DNA of 60,790 nucleotides, filler included, from Sphacelaria rigidula (lineage: Eukaryota), in assembly GCA_964200075.2 (NCBI GenBank). It is 9 parts of 9 records of this genome, joined end to end, with 100 filler letters (N's around TTAATTAATTAA, not from the genome) between each part and the next. Parts side by side here need not be neighbours in the genome. Positions count along the whole stretch, not along the records: positions 13,535 to 20,200 come from CAXNAA020018743.1; positions 20,301 to 26,966 come from CAXNAA020018744.1; 7 more parts are not named here. One strand, given 5' to 3'. Positions within the stretch are counted from its first letter, which is position 1, and every line of letters begins with the position of its first letter. A program made the translations under genes and the position numbers. Below the pieces are notes generated by a model. The model was not told where the DNA came from, searched no databases, and worked only from the letters and a program-made list of their open reading frames with translations. Shown piece by piece: positions 13,435 to 25,630 of this stretch.

Positions 13435-16036
13435 NNNNNNNNNNNNNNNNNNNNNNNNNNNNNNNNNNNNNNNNNNNNTTAATTAATTAANNNNNNNNNN
13501 NNNNNNNNNNNNNNNNNNNNNNNNNNNNNNNNNNCAAGGGGAGTGAAATTATGCTAGGCGCAAGCGCGGGCGGTCACGCGTCAGTATAGTTTACTCGGCT
13601 CATGCCACAACGTGTGAACCATTACGTCAAGCACCTTCGGCGGCACATACGTATATCGTCACCAGTGTCATTTATCGCACTTGTGTCGAGTATGTTATTC
13701 ACTGGGTTACGAGACAGACGTCACGTGTGTGCATCCTGTAGGATGTACCGTCGTTGCAGTGCTGCCCCTGTCGTTGCACATGTGCAGAACCAAAGCACCT
13801 GGCTTACCAACTCAGTCACGTGGCGCATCGAAGAACCATATATCACATGATTCCTTGTTGGATAGTCATGGCATCCCTGGATTGGACCCTTGGGTTATGG
13901 TATTGCTCTGCTTCACCATCCCCTGCAGTCACCATATCTCATGAGACGATGAGCGGTGAACGCGGCACTCTCATCTGACGCAATATACGTTGTGTCCTCC
14001 ACGTACTCCATGCGTGTCGCCGCCAGCTGCAAACACCGTGCATGAGCTCGGCGATTGAGGTTCTAGTCCTGATTGTACAGCAGGCGTCCATGAGGATGGA
14101 CATAGTGTCTACCTCACACAACTGAAACTGGCAATCGGTCTTGAAGGGACTCATCGTGGGCGGTAGCTGTGACCAAACAAAGAACCAAAACGGATGCGAA
14201 CCCTGTTGCGTCAGCACGTATTAAATCGAGCAACCCCTGATCATACACATGTTCTGTCGCCTCCTGGAGATAAGAGTGACGCCTCGTGGAGATAAGAGTG
14301 ACCCGTCTAGGCTCGTGTGTCGGGTGAAGATTGTTCGCGCACATACACGGAGATCGATCACCGTATTTTCCGGAGGGAAGATGACGAAAGTGGGGACGTC
14401 TTCAACTGGAAGGACATAGCATACCACAAAGTCTCCCAGCATGGTATGGATGGGGCAAATCCTGTCTCGTCGGGAACAGCTCAGAGCAGACTTTCAAAGA
14501 TGAATCCCCGCGACAGAAACAAACCTCGCTTCGCGATGGGGTCATGGGGAGTGCATCATGTGTCGGTGTAGGGGCGCGCCCGTACTCTTTCGACGCCATC
14601 ATCACCATTTGCATCCTCGTAAGTATATTTGAGTTCGAAAGCATCGTGGAAGTTCTATTTCAGTGGTGCTCGCCGTTGCAGCGGTCGGACAAGTGGCAAA
14701 ACGGTTTCCGCGATCAGAGTGATTAAATGTAGTGTAGGCGGTGACAGAACGGCACTGTCCATTAGATGCGTTTCCCCAACACCGGAGATACGTTTGCCTG
14801 CACAGTCTCCCAAAGGGTGAGCATACAATGGAATGTGTAGGATTCACAACTCAGGTCTTCGAAGGAGCGTCACTGTTGACCTCCACATGAGTGGATGATG
14901 TTACGAAACTTCTCGGAAATCGCTGCGGTCGTGGTTTTGGCAACGATTATGTACAGTATCTGGTTTCCGAAACCAGACTGTGGAGAGCATGCCGTCCAAG
15001 TGCGCCCCCACAACTGTTCATTTGTGTAACTAGAGTGCCTCTGGTCGCAAACGGCCGTAAACGTAACTCTCGCAAGCGCTCTCTGTCGGCGTCCCGCAAA
15101 ATGCATCGCAGTGTTCAGGCGAAGATTCAAGCTGTTCTACGGGATATTCAAGTGACCACCTGTCGTACGGTTATCCCCAACACTGAAGCCGAGATGTGGA
15201 AGGCGCTTGTTTCCGACATGCGTGAGGAAGGTGACGACGGCGATGGTAGGAAGAGGCGCGAACGTTCGATCGCCCGCAACCTCGACGCCAACGACCGCAT
15301 CCGGAAGGGTGGGTGCGGCTTTGTGACGGCGTATGTTTTCGCCCCGCAGTTAACCATGCCGCAGAAGAGGATGGGTGCCACGAGGGTATCCTCTTCTCCG
15401 TTCAATGGCGATTTGATGAAACTGCACATCTATTTTCCCGGAGGTGGGGATAGATCCATACTCCAATTGGTTCGGGATGGAAATAGTATGCTCCCGAAGA
15501 CCGGTGCTGATGCGACAAAGTGGCGGAGCACGAAAGCAGCTCCGGAGACAGGACGTAAGCCTCGGGGCGGATGAGGGCGGCATTTTTAGTAGAAACTAAT
15601 GCTGCAGAACTGAGTACTGTGAAAGCGGGTCCTAATTCTATGTGTCCTGGGACAGCGGCGGAGTTTTTTTTCTTCGGGAGGGGGGCGGGGGGGGAGGGGG
15701 TTGTTTGGAAGCCTTACGCCACAGGACATGCAGTCTGATCATATCACCTCCCCTCTATGATTGTGGTTGTCATGGAAGTCTATGACATGCAAAGCAAGGC
15801 TGCTGTGTTTCTCCACTTGGTCTGAAAGAGTCTCCGTGTTGTTAAATTCCTCATGTACATGGTGTGAGCACCAGTGGTCGTCCGTTCCCATCCTTTGTGT
15901 CCTGATCTTATTGTCCCTTCATATCGTTTGTGGCCCCATTATTGTACTGTAGATACGTGGAGCTATGCATGGCTCGGCAGAGAAATATTCAAAGGTTAGC
16001 ATAGGTTAAGCACGCGCGGCGTCTTCTGTCGTAAAC

Positions 16037-16571
16037 ACACTTTCTACAATAGACCCCCCCCCACGCTTGGTGTCGTTTTCGCCAGTGTCGCCCACATGAC
16101 ACGCGTCTCGTTGTAGACAATCAGCGACCATGCCCACGTGAGGCGGGTTATGCACTGAGTGAGAGTACCAGCTCTGACGCCGTATATGACCAATTCTTCG
16201 ATGCACTTTTTGGGCTGTTTGTTATGGGGGGGGGCTATCGTAGAAAGTTTCGGTTGAGGACGCGCCTTGCAGTCCTAAACCAGCTATGACGCCCACATGT
16301 TCGGGACTGCAGTGTTTCGTGCAATCCTAAATCAGCTCTGACGCCGTATATGGTCAATTCTTTGATGCACGTTTTGGCCTGTTTTGAGGGGGGGGGCTAT
16401 CGTAGAAAGTGTCGGTTGAGGACGCGCCTTGCAGTCCTAAACCAGCTATGACGCCCACATCTTCAGGACTGCCGTGTTTCGTGCAATCCTAAACCAGCTC
16501 TGACGACGTATATGGGCAATTCTTTGATGCACGTTTTGGCCTGTTTTGGGGGGGGGGCTATCGTGGAAAGT
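16037..16571. mobile_element. MITE (TIR ACACTTTCTACGATAGCCCCCCCC-type) whose right end is tandemly triplicated (~160-bp unit)
   Basis: Left TIR at 16037-16062; the right TIR GGGGGGGCTATCGTAGAAAGT recurs at ~16228, ~16390 and ~16550. Flanks GTAAAC/TTAAAC resemble a 6-bp TSD. Confidence 0.75.
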
Positions 16572-17525
16572 TTAAACGATGTGAAGACCATTCATCAAGG
16601 GGCTAGCTCGGAATCATCATCTTTGGATAAAGTGTTGAAAGTGAAACAATCCTTGAATTGGACTGGTTCTTGCGAAAGTTTAGCTGTTGGCACGAGCGCT
16701 AACGCACCAGACGAGAGTCCGGTGGGAGCGAAACTTTTGTATTTAAATTTTCCCACGAATGAACTTGGTTTAAAACCGAAAAATCGCGCCTCGATGCTAC
16801 GATGCAAACCGTGCATCCCCCCTTATGACGCTTCTGACATGCCCAAACAACTGCCGGTAGGGCTTAGCCAGTATGTGTCGACCAAGTATGCGATCAAAAC
16901 TCCGCCGTATCATATGACGGTCGAGGATGCGGACGCACCCCTGGAACGCGTTGAGGTAGAAAGGATTTCGGGTCATCAACTGGTTCGTGGTCGTGGAGGT
17001 AAGATAGCGGCAATGTATCAAACACATTGGAAGAGTATCATGCGTGTTACGTGGGAGCATGAGGTTGATTTGCGTCATTTTCGTCGGGAAATATTGCTGT
17101 ACTGGGTAGGAGATACCGTCCAACACCGCCCGCTGAACAAGAGATATCGGTCGATGCGCAAGGGAGCTGCCGCTCGAGAACTGGCACGTGAACACTCAGC
17201 GTGGTTTGTTGTGACAGGATATAGCCTTCTTTCGCGTTCACAATACATGCAGTGTTTTCACGGAAAACGATTGCCGAAAGGGGCGTATTTGTGGTATAAG
17301 GCTTTGGATTCACTGTGGTGGTTGGGTAAAAATCATTTGGTCGACCCTGCATCTGACCACTCCTACTTTATCCGTTTCCTTGATGACCCGAGCCCCCTTA
17401 AGATTCGCTTGGATGATGTGTACTACACCGAGGAGCCGACCGCTCGGAGGGGATCCTGGTGCCTCCAACGGCACGACCAAGGCGAACTCGAAACAGCCGT
17501 TCTACGGAACACGGACACCGCTTGA
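16572..17525 (+). mobile_element. pol: 3' end of a Ty3/gypsy (chromovirus-like) pol: integrase C-terminal GPY/F-like region, chromodomain and an extra C-terminal domain
   Basis: SLNWTGS (degenerate W.GP[YF]), RCKP, chromodomain-like EVERISGHQLVRGRGGKIAAMYQTHWKSIMRVTWEHEVDL, then LWYK...WWLGK...YFIRFLDDP...GSWCLQ. The listed ORF start at 16512 comes from the MITE. Confidence 0.8.
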
Positions 17526-20500
17526 GATGTAGATGACTCATGATGCCGCATCCGAGTCTGCTTCTCCATTCACCTTGCGCAGTGTACCGCGTTCGAGTCG
17601 CTTGTCTTGCATTGTAGCGTCGTTGGACAACCATGTGTTCCCCCCTCCCCCACTTCATTTTGTTTCTCGTACTGATTAGCCCCGTACTTGTAGCGGTTGA
17701 TGTGTGCCGGTGTGTCGTGTTTGGTATTTGGTCTTTCGTTTTTGTATTTTATATTCTTTGTTTTTGTGTTGCATTTTGTTTTTGTTGCTTTGTACCCTGA
17801 TTTTTTGTTTGCTTCGGTTTTTTTTTGCCTTGGTTGTTGTCTTTGTTATATTTTGTTTCGTCTTCTTTCCTTTTCGCCTCGTCCTTTGTGTTCGATTTTT
17901 TCGTTTTCAATGGGTACTTTTCTTGGGTACTTCTGGGTTTTTCTGGCGAAGTACAAGTGACGATCGTTCCATTCCTGAACCCCGAGTCTGGAACCTCGAA
18001 CCTCCGTCCAGCGCGCCGTACATTCACAACCATTCCGTCCACCGGAACAGTTGCCACGAGTTGATTATGTCTTCATTTGTTTTTCGTTGTACGCGCATGT
18101 TGTCTTGCTTTGTTATTACATGGTCTTTATCTTTGACTTTTTTTGTTTCGATGTACGAGTTTCCGGAGCAAGCGCTAGCCATACCTGACGCGCACGTCTG
18201 GAATATTTGCGCTTTTGTTCCGTCGCTCTGCACGCGAGTGCCGCCTCCCTCTTCGGGACCGGTCATGACGTGTCCTTTCTTCTTTAGTGTCATATGTTGT
18301 CGGTATGTTTCTTGATTTTTTCTGCCTTTTCGGTTGAGAGTTTTAGGAGCGAGCGCTGCGTACACCTGACCTCCCCGTCTGGAATAATTGCGCTCTTGCC
18401 CACCCGCTCCGTACACGCATACCGCTTCCCCCTGCAGGATCGGTAATGACGTGTCCCCTTTTTGTGTGTGTACAACGTTGATTGTATATTTGACGTGGGT
18501 TGCCTGAAATATTTTGACTCTCTTGGCTGAACCTTTTGACCCTGCTTGCTTCATACACACGATAACCGCTTCCGTTTACAAGGACGGTTGCCACGTGTTT
18601 TTTTCCTGCCTTGTGTTGCGGATTTTCGTTTTCACTGTTGCCCAGCGTGCCCTTGGGTATTTAATTTGGCTTTGGTTTCTGCGTCCATGTCGGGAATTTC
18701 GCCATGAGTGTTCCAATGTTTTTGACCCTCGAGTCTATAACTTGGCCTATTTTGTTTTGCGAGTCCTGCCGCATGTGACCGACCTCGTTTATAGGAGGGT
18801 CGCGGGTAATGCGACGCGACGATTTATACTTTGGTGATTGATGAGTTACAACGAGGCCACCACTGGCCGCGTCGTACATTGCGGTGTTGACGAATTGTTA
18901 TTGAAGTCGCGGTATGATCGGTTGCAAACGTCTCCTCATACAGGACCATCACGTATCATGATAAGGTAGGTCGCTCTTTCGGAACTGTCCGTTCCGCCAC
19001 GTCGATACTCGACCGTTGGTATAGCCTACAGGCTCGGAGTCCGCCACTCGCTGTTTTTTTATGTCACTTTCACCGGTTTTTGCGTACGATTACCCGCCCC
19101 TGAAATTGGTCGGTGGTGTTTTGTTTTTTTCAGGGATGATTGGACAAAGTAACGTGACGGTACCACCGGCTGTGGGTTTTACTCCAGTTTGTGTTCGGGC
19201 CAGTCTCGTTTTAGTCCGAACGGGCAAATACTGTGAGGAGTGGGCTACGTTGGTCCTCGCGGTTCTGTGTATTTGTCGTGGTTCAGAAATGTGTTGGGTG
19301 ATCCGCCTCGGTACTTCGCGGTAGGCCCGAAGGTTGTGTTTTGCCCACGACGTTTCTTTTGACGTGTACGGACACCTGACCTCACCAACCGGTCAGTTGT
19401 TCTCGTATCGTCGTGAGAGAAAAAAAACAAATGCTGTACGACTGGATCATCAACCAGACGTCCCCAGCAAGTCGTCCTCGCAAACAGGTACCGACAATTA
19501 ACTCACGTCAAACGAGTTGATTCGTCCGTGTCATTCTATTTTTCTTTTTTATCAACGTATGGTTTTCGGGGGAAACTACCATTTCCGCGACGAACTTGGC
19601 TGTACGTGTTCGCTTTTACTGATTGACTGGGACGAGTGATTAGCATGAACTTGGTTATCGAAGTGACATAATGCCTTGGCGGGCTTGCTTGTTTTCCTAC
19701 CAATGACCCAAAACAAATCGAACATTCGGAAAAGAGCGAAGTACTTATTCATGATATAGTTATGGTAGGGTAGGATAGCCGTTTCAATGATTGGTCTCTG
19801 ATTTCCTGTACCTATCACGGGAATGCTCACGACATTCTGGAGACACTGTATTTTTTGGATATGGTTTGATTGTTGATTTTGGGTCTTAATTTCTTTTTTT
19901 TCTTCATATTTTTCTTTCCCCTGACGCCGTCTGAAGACTCACGGAACATGAGGACAACGAATCATTGTATCGGTTCGATTTTTTTCTCTTTTGTGCTTGT
20001 GATTGCCAGTTGCTGATTGTTTTTTTGTTTTGATCGCCCCTTCCCGTTTCCCGTACCCAAGACATTCGATCTTCAGATAGAGCCTCAATTTTCTGTGGTG
20101 TGGGAGAGGTGTGGCTCGATGCAAGCTCGTCCCTTCTGAAAAGCGACTGCACTTTAACGATCCAGGATGGGCTAATGTGATTGTAAATGACTGAGAGCCT
20201 NNNNNNNNNNNNNNNNNNNNNNNNNNNNNNNNNNNNNNNNNNNNTTAATTAATTAANNNNNNNNNNNNNNNNNNNNNNNNNNNNNNNNNNNNNNNNNNNN
20301 GTTGGTTGGCTTCGCCTGTCTCCTGCCAGCGCGCGCGCCGCGGGGGGGGGGGGGGGGGGGGGGCGGGGTGGGGCGCACCCTAATTTCCAGGGTATGAACG
20401 CCTTCAAACATCGCACCCTACAACGAGCGAGGCTGATGTCCCTATACCTTTCCGAGCAGCGTGGCGCTCAGAGTTTAACCTCTCATTGCTAATATTGCCG

Positions 20501-21261
20501 CATTCGCATGCGGTATAAATTTCGTCCGTAGTACAGGGATTCCCAGATTCATGCCTGGCCACCGGCCTCATCTTGATTTCCGAGCACTCGGGGCCATGGC
20601 ATGGGATCCTCTGACGGCGCTTTAGGTTTTCACTGAAAGCGCTCGCAGTCTCGACTCACTGTCATTCGCCCTTCTTTCTGATTCTGTAGTTTGTGTGCGG
20701 GACATGGGTCATCTGCCCACTGCTGGTTGGTTGGATTGGTTGAAACGATTGATTGGAGCACATAAAATCATCCGTTATAAATCCAGCCATGGTCAGATTT
20801 GGCCTATCAAAACTTCATCTGTCTCACTGAGGATAATCTCGACAGCAAAATTGGATGGGTTTGACAACCACCAGCACAACCTCTGCATCTCTCACGGTAA
20901 ACGCTCAACGATGGTTATCACGCCCCCGTCATGCTAGGAATGGTACCCCAATGAGCTCGAAGTAGCCGACTCTCTCGGTAAAACCACTAGCTCTTGCTTG
21001 GGATCATATAGCCTTCGCAGCCGTCCAGTCACATCAGTTCTGAGAAATCTGATGTCGAAGTGACGATGATGGGTCATTTAAATTACTTCGCCTGTTGCTG
21101 CTCGACTTATCCCTCTCATCCGCCAGATTCATCACCGCTATGCCTGGGAATAATTCGATTCAGTACCTGGCATGCCATGGAATACCATATCTCCCTAGGA
21201 GTCGTTGAATTTGTATTCAAGTACCAGCTCCCTGACCCTGTCGTTGTTGACCGCGCTGCAG

Positions 21262-21534
21262 ATCATCGAAACACGACCGGGAGGTAGTGGACCAGCCCCT
21301 GGATCCCGGCTTCTCGTCGACCCAAACGCAAAGCTTCCGATGAAGGGGGGAGATGAATCCGATCCTGCCAGAGTACGCGTTCAGAGCCTCGTCCGAAGTT
21401 GTTGTACGTTGGAACGGAAGAAACGCCCAGCCGTTGGCGCCGTTTTGGCCAAGGCTAAGAGAATCTACGACGAGCTACCCGCTTCAGGTGTGACGCGACG
21501 TCACGCTCGACAAGGGGATCCGATTTCGCACTAG
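21262..21534 (+). CDS. Probable last exon of a protein kinase (C-lobe end, subdomain XI)
   Basis: Acceptor CTGCAG|ATC, phase 0. VQSLVRSCCTLERKKRPAVGAVLAKAKRI resembles the L(I/V)xxCxxxxPxxRPxxxx(V/I)L end of TKL-type kinases. Upstream exons not identified. Confidence 0.45.
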   Translation: MIETRPGGSGPAPGSRLLVDPNAKLPMKGGDESDPARVRVQSLVRSCCTLERKKRPAVGAVLAKAKRIYDELPASGVTRRHARQGDPISH

Positions 21535-22781
21535 AACGGGGGTATTTCGCCTAATTCTCTACCCCTCGTATCGATTCTACTTGGGAGGGTACGATTGTCT
21601 CTCCTCGCGTTCTCGATGTGCTAATTTGTTCTGGTATCGATGTTACCCTTTGCGCAAGTATCGTGAGTACGGTGATGCCGGATGCCTGTTGTACATTGAA
21701 CGGTTTTTGTCGACATCTACCCCAAAAACATGAATAGGCGTCTTCAGAAATCCTCGCCGGACGTTTTCGGGGAAGGGTAGTGCCTCGGGTCGAGAAAAAC
21801 TTTCCATGTTTAACGCTTACATCTGGTCTCATGCAAGAAGAAAAGGTGAAGATCGTACGACGGGTATGGTGGTTATCTATCCTGTCTTGAGTTACCGCGT
21901 AACTTCGCTCGTACCGAGACAACTCGAACACTCTTCATCTGCTCTGGTTTTTTTCTCAATTTACGGTAGCGTAGCATTATTACATACCGACCAAAATTGT
22001 TTGACAATCTCTGCGATTGTGTTCATGAAACTTATGTTGCATCATGTTTGATCTCACGATGCTCGTCTAGCAGAGATTGAGGAGGAATACAGTACGGCGA
22101 CTGATGCCCCTCAGGGGAGCGGCGGGACTCCTGGGGCGAGTCTCTCACGGTCAGAAGCGAGGAGACGTACGCATGAGATGGGATCTTCGGAGAAGGGAGG
22201 AGGTGGTTGGGAAAAGTGGAAAGAAATTGGCCGCTCAATCCTCAACACGGAAGAAAAGGTGAAATCTATACCATAGGATGGGCAAGGTACCTGAGCTCTT
22301 CACATCAGTCCGCTCTCGTGGGACACATCGGTTGATTACCTGGAGGGGAAGCTGCTCAGATGCTCTCAACGACATGGGATGATTGCACGCCAGGTCTTGT
22401 TTGACCCTTTCATGAAACGGTTTTCCAGGAGGAGTATCAATTCATCGACCAGCCTACTTTTTCGCCTTGAAAAAGACGCACCCTACCCAAATTTTCTCAT
22501 CCGCCACCCATGAATCCTGTGGCTTGTCAAGTATGAAATGCCCGCGGATCCAGTGATCGTCGTTTAGACGCGCCGCTGGCTTAAATAGATGTATTGGAAC
22601 CCTGTACTTCTAATGAGGCGTATAGCAGTCACCCAATTCCTAACCCTACGCTTACCCCTGCGCTTGGCCACTGCTTGCTGTCATCCCGACCTCGGGACTG
22701 ACGTCGATAACGAACTGGTTGTTACGGTAAATTATACATATAAAGATACAGACGGTCCAGGAGACGCAAGCCGCCGCAGCC

Positions 22782-23843
22782 ATGGCTACCATCAGCTCGT
22801 CCATCGTCGCCGAAACTTTGCGCATCTCCAACGTACACCTCACCTACGGAGGTGACGGCGCCCGTACGGCCATCATGATCTACAACGCAACCGGTTCCCC
22901 CCTGCGATTTCGACATAATCACGACATCCACGGGCACGTTAAAGGTTCCTTCCCGGCCACAATTGAGAATGGGCACTGGGGGTCGGCGCTGCACGTCAAG
23001 ATGGAATGGGCACTCTACGGATCAGAAGGCTTCGTCGTCTACACGGCCCAAAATGGGGATGGGCAGAGCTGCGATGTAAATATGTGTTTCATGACGCCTT
23101 ACCGGGGAGACAGGTGAGTATTTGTGTGACGTTATAATACTGGAGGGGCTGCTCGGATGAGCGGACAGTGAAAGGCACGCGGAGTTTGTTTGAAGGCACG
23201 CTCGAATTCACGGGCCAGAGAAGCCCGTGCACCTCCTGCGGTGACAATAAACGCACCTTTACGGGGGAATTGAAAACCTTCAACACGGTCGCACAGACGC
23301 AATGTAGTGACCGATATAAACAGCGCAACAAGCGTACTGCCACACGGTGGACGGGGGGGTATGGTGGTGAAGAAGACGAGTTTTTGCTGTTCCAGGATGC
23401 TGCCTTTGAGCCACACTGACTTGTTGGCCGGAAGACCCAATATCTGGCACGTTATTGGTGTGGGACGTTAAGGGCGTGATATATGTCTGGTTATCACTTG
23501 GAGTTCTTGCCATCCTGGACCTGGGCTCGAAATGCAGACACGTGTAGTGACCAACACCCGCACGTAGTCGATGCCCCCGTCAATCCATGCCCAAGTGTCA
23601 ACCCCGATCCTCCACCTTGATGAATGCAGGTCTGTGTACGTTGAGGCCAGGCAGGAGGGCCACTGGGACAAGGGGCAGCACGTCCAAGTCATGACCGCGC
23701 GTCTCAACGAGAACAGGGGAAAGAGCTACGACCTATCCAACCAGGGCCTTGCCGTAGTAGGGGTCATCGCGCACGATTCGCCGCGACCGTGTCAGTTTTT
23801 CGTGGGGCTTCAAGGCCGGGACGTTCCTGCCCCTTGGGCTTAG
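22782..23843 (+). CDS. 23-kDa jasmonate-induced protein (JIP23)/nakanori-like protein, actinoporin-like fold; exons 22782-23113 and 23630-23843 (181 aa from this ATG)
   Basis: A canonical phase-2 intron (AG|GTGAGT ... TGCAG|G) joins the two ORFs in frame. Motifs YNATG, DxHGH, PxxIxNGxWGxxLHV, GSxGxVVY, SCD and PYxGxxxVYxExRxEGH occur in the order I recall from plant JIP23. The N-terminus may extend via an acceptor at 22751 and a small exon such as 22510-22530. Confidence 0.88.
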
Positions 23844-24257
23844 GTTTCGGGACACGCGTATCGAGCTTTGTTCGGGACGGCGTTTTTTATGCACTCCACA
23901 TGTAGTTGCCTCTGACCCCCGTGTACAGTTTCATAAGGAGTGTGCTGCATTGCAACTTTTTTGTCTGATACCTTGTGAAGTGGCCGTCGCTGGGGTGGTG
24001 GGGGTAGTTGTGGCGTTTATGTTTCGGAAAAATGTGTTGTGTAATGAATACTGAACTGTTGAGTGAATGATCGGATACCGGGTAAAGTATTTGCAATTGT
24101 TTTCAATGTGGTAAATATAACGACAGTGACGCGTGGATGAGGAAGCCGTGGTAATGGGCGTGGAGCCTGTAGTGGCCACCGTACGACGTTTGATTCAAAC
24201 TATGGTTGTCGATATATTACCAGATGTTTTCGTGTTGCGCTCATTCATTCTGCATGA

Positions 24258-24375
24258 CACCGTTTTAAACCAAACATACAAGCGCACCACGAGTGTGACA
24301 GGTCTTCTGACACAAGTATGAGCCTCTTTTTTCGTGCAATCAACTACCCCCTCCCCTACCGTAGGATGACTCCGT
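24258..24375 (+). repeat. Dispersed ~115-bp repeat; second copy ~31707-31830
   Basis: Both copies share ACCGTTTTAA..CAAA..TACAAGC.CACC.CGAG.GTG.CAGGTC.TCTGACACA...TATGAGCCTCTTTTT.CGT.CAATCAAC. Confidence 0.75.
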
Positions 24376-25555
24376 TGTAGGTCGCCGTTCTCAGCTCCCC
24401 TATGCGCAACCTAGCTCTAGCCTTACCTATATTCAGGCCCATTATTATCGACACTGTTTCCCGGAGATCTCCGCAATTGCTTGGACTGGCAAGATAGACG
24501 ATGATTCTCGAACGCTTGCGAGCGCCACGGCGTATCGACAGGGCAGCTCGCCGAAGTGCCGCGTTGCAGTCCGAATGTCCCGGACTTGTCCAAAAGCGAA
24601 GCTTGAGAGAAAAAATCAAGCCGCTTCGTTCTCGTAGAAGTCTGATCGCGAAATAAAAAAATCCTGAGATCTGAGATTTGGGAAATATGAAAAAACAAAC
24701 AAACAGCGTCGATAATAATGAACATTTCACGTCCTTTTCTTTGTTCGGCCCTCCTCTGGGGTGTGTCTCCTTAGAGTACGTGCAGAATTTCGTTCCTGTT
24801 CCAAATCTTCTTTCCACGTCGATCACGGCACACGCCTTTCGGTTTGATCTCGTGGGGAGAGTGTAGCCTTCCCAGCCCGTTTCGCCCGCGGGTTCCAATC
24901 CACCGGACCTAGAACCTACTCACACGCGTCTCATCTCCATCAACGTGCTTTCTGTGACAATGCCCCTAACTTCGGGCAAAACTCTGGAGCTGGGGGATTG
25001 AGTTGGGATTCCAGCATAGTAAAACTCCGCAGCTGCGGGGTTGGGTTTTGAGTTCAACATTGTCGGCATGGCTCGCTGACGAGACGGTGTGTTTCTCCAC
25101 CGCTGATACAAACGACAAACTTGTCTGTAGGCTTTGTCACTCTCTCCTACGCGCAGTTGTGTCGTTTTGTTGCTGTTTGGGGTTAGCTTACTACAGTGCA
25201 GTAAATGGACCACGTAGCTTGCACTGAATCTGGTATAAATCTGACAAGATTACCGGGTGAGTGAGAAGTTCAAGTAGAGGATACAATTTGACTTGGCGTA
25301 CGTCCAGTGACGCAGAATTGTCTTGCGTCTCACGAGGGAAGTTGAGGGCTTGGGTGACGGTCTCTACCCCACCCCACTTTCCTCACTCTCCTTCAGTTCT
25401 CTGCTTTAAAAAAAGTGCGTGTTATAATCTGTCTTGACCGAAGACGTGCCCGTGAACACCATGTATTTTGCGGCAAACGCGAGTGAGCTTTGCCACTACT
25501 GTGCACTCTCTGCAATCCTGTTCATTGAGAGGGGAATTCTATCTTTCGACAGTGG

Positions 25556-25628
25556 TTGATTTTGATTGATTGATTGTCGCACTTTAACTGACCCCCCAGG
25601 GGTCCAGCCGTGGTCTCATGATAGACCT
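25556..25628 (-). mobile_element. 3' end of a retroposon (SINE/LINE) with an (AATC)n tail; a related end lies at ~48555-48600 (+)
   Basis: Both read CAGTT(A/G)AAGTGCGACAATCAATCAATC... Confidence 0.6.
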
Positions 25629-25630
25629 TG

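Noticed and set aside
16165..16571. CRISPR-like array
   Set aside because: The sequence between the recurring motifs is itself repeated (no unique spacers), the context is eukaryotic and there are no cas genes.
10503..17525. One continuous gypsy element formed by the PR-RT-RH ORF and the integrase/chromodomain ORF
   Set aside because: They lie on different contigs separated by an artificial linker, with unrelated sequence between them.
17697..18315. Phe-rich membrane-protein ORFs
   Set aside because: A by-product of T-rich low-complexity sequence that is open in several frames.
23168..23419. 83-aa ORF nested in the JIP23-like intron
   Set aside because: Non-ATG start, no recognisable motif and a length expected by chance.
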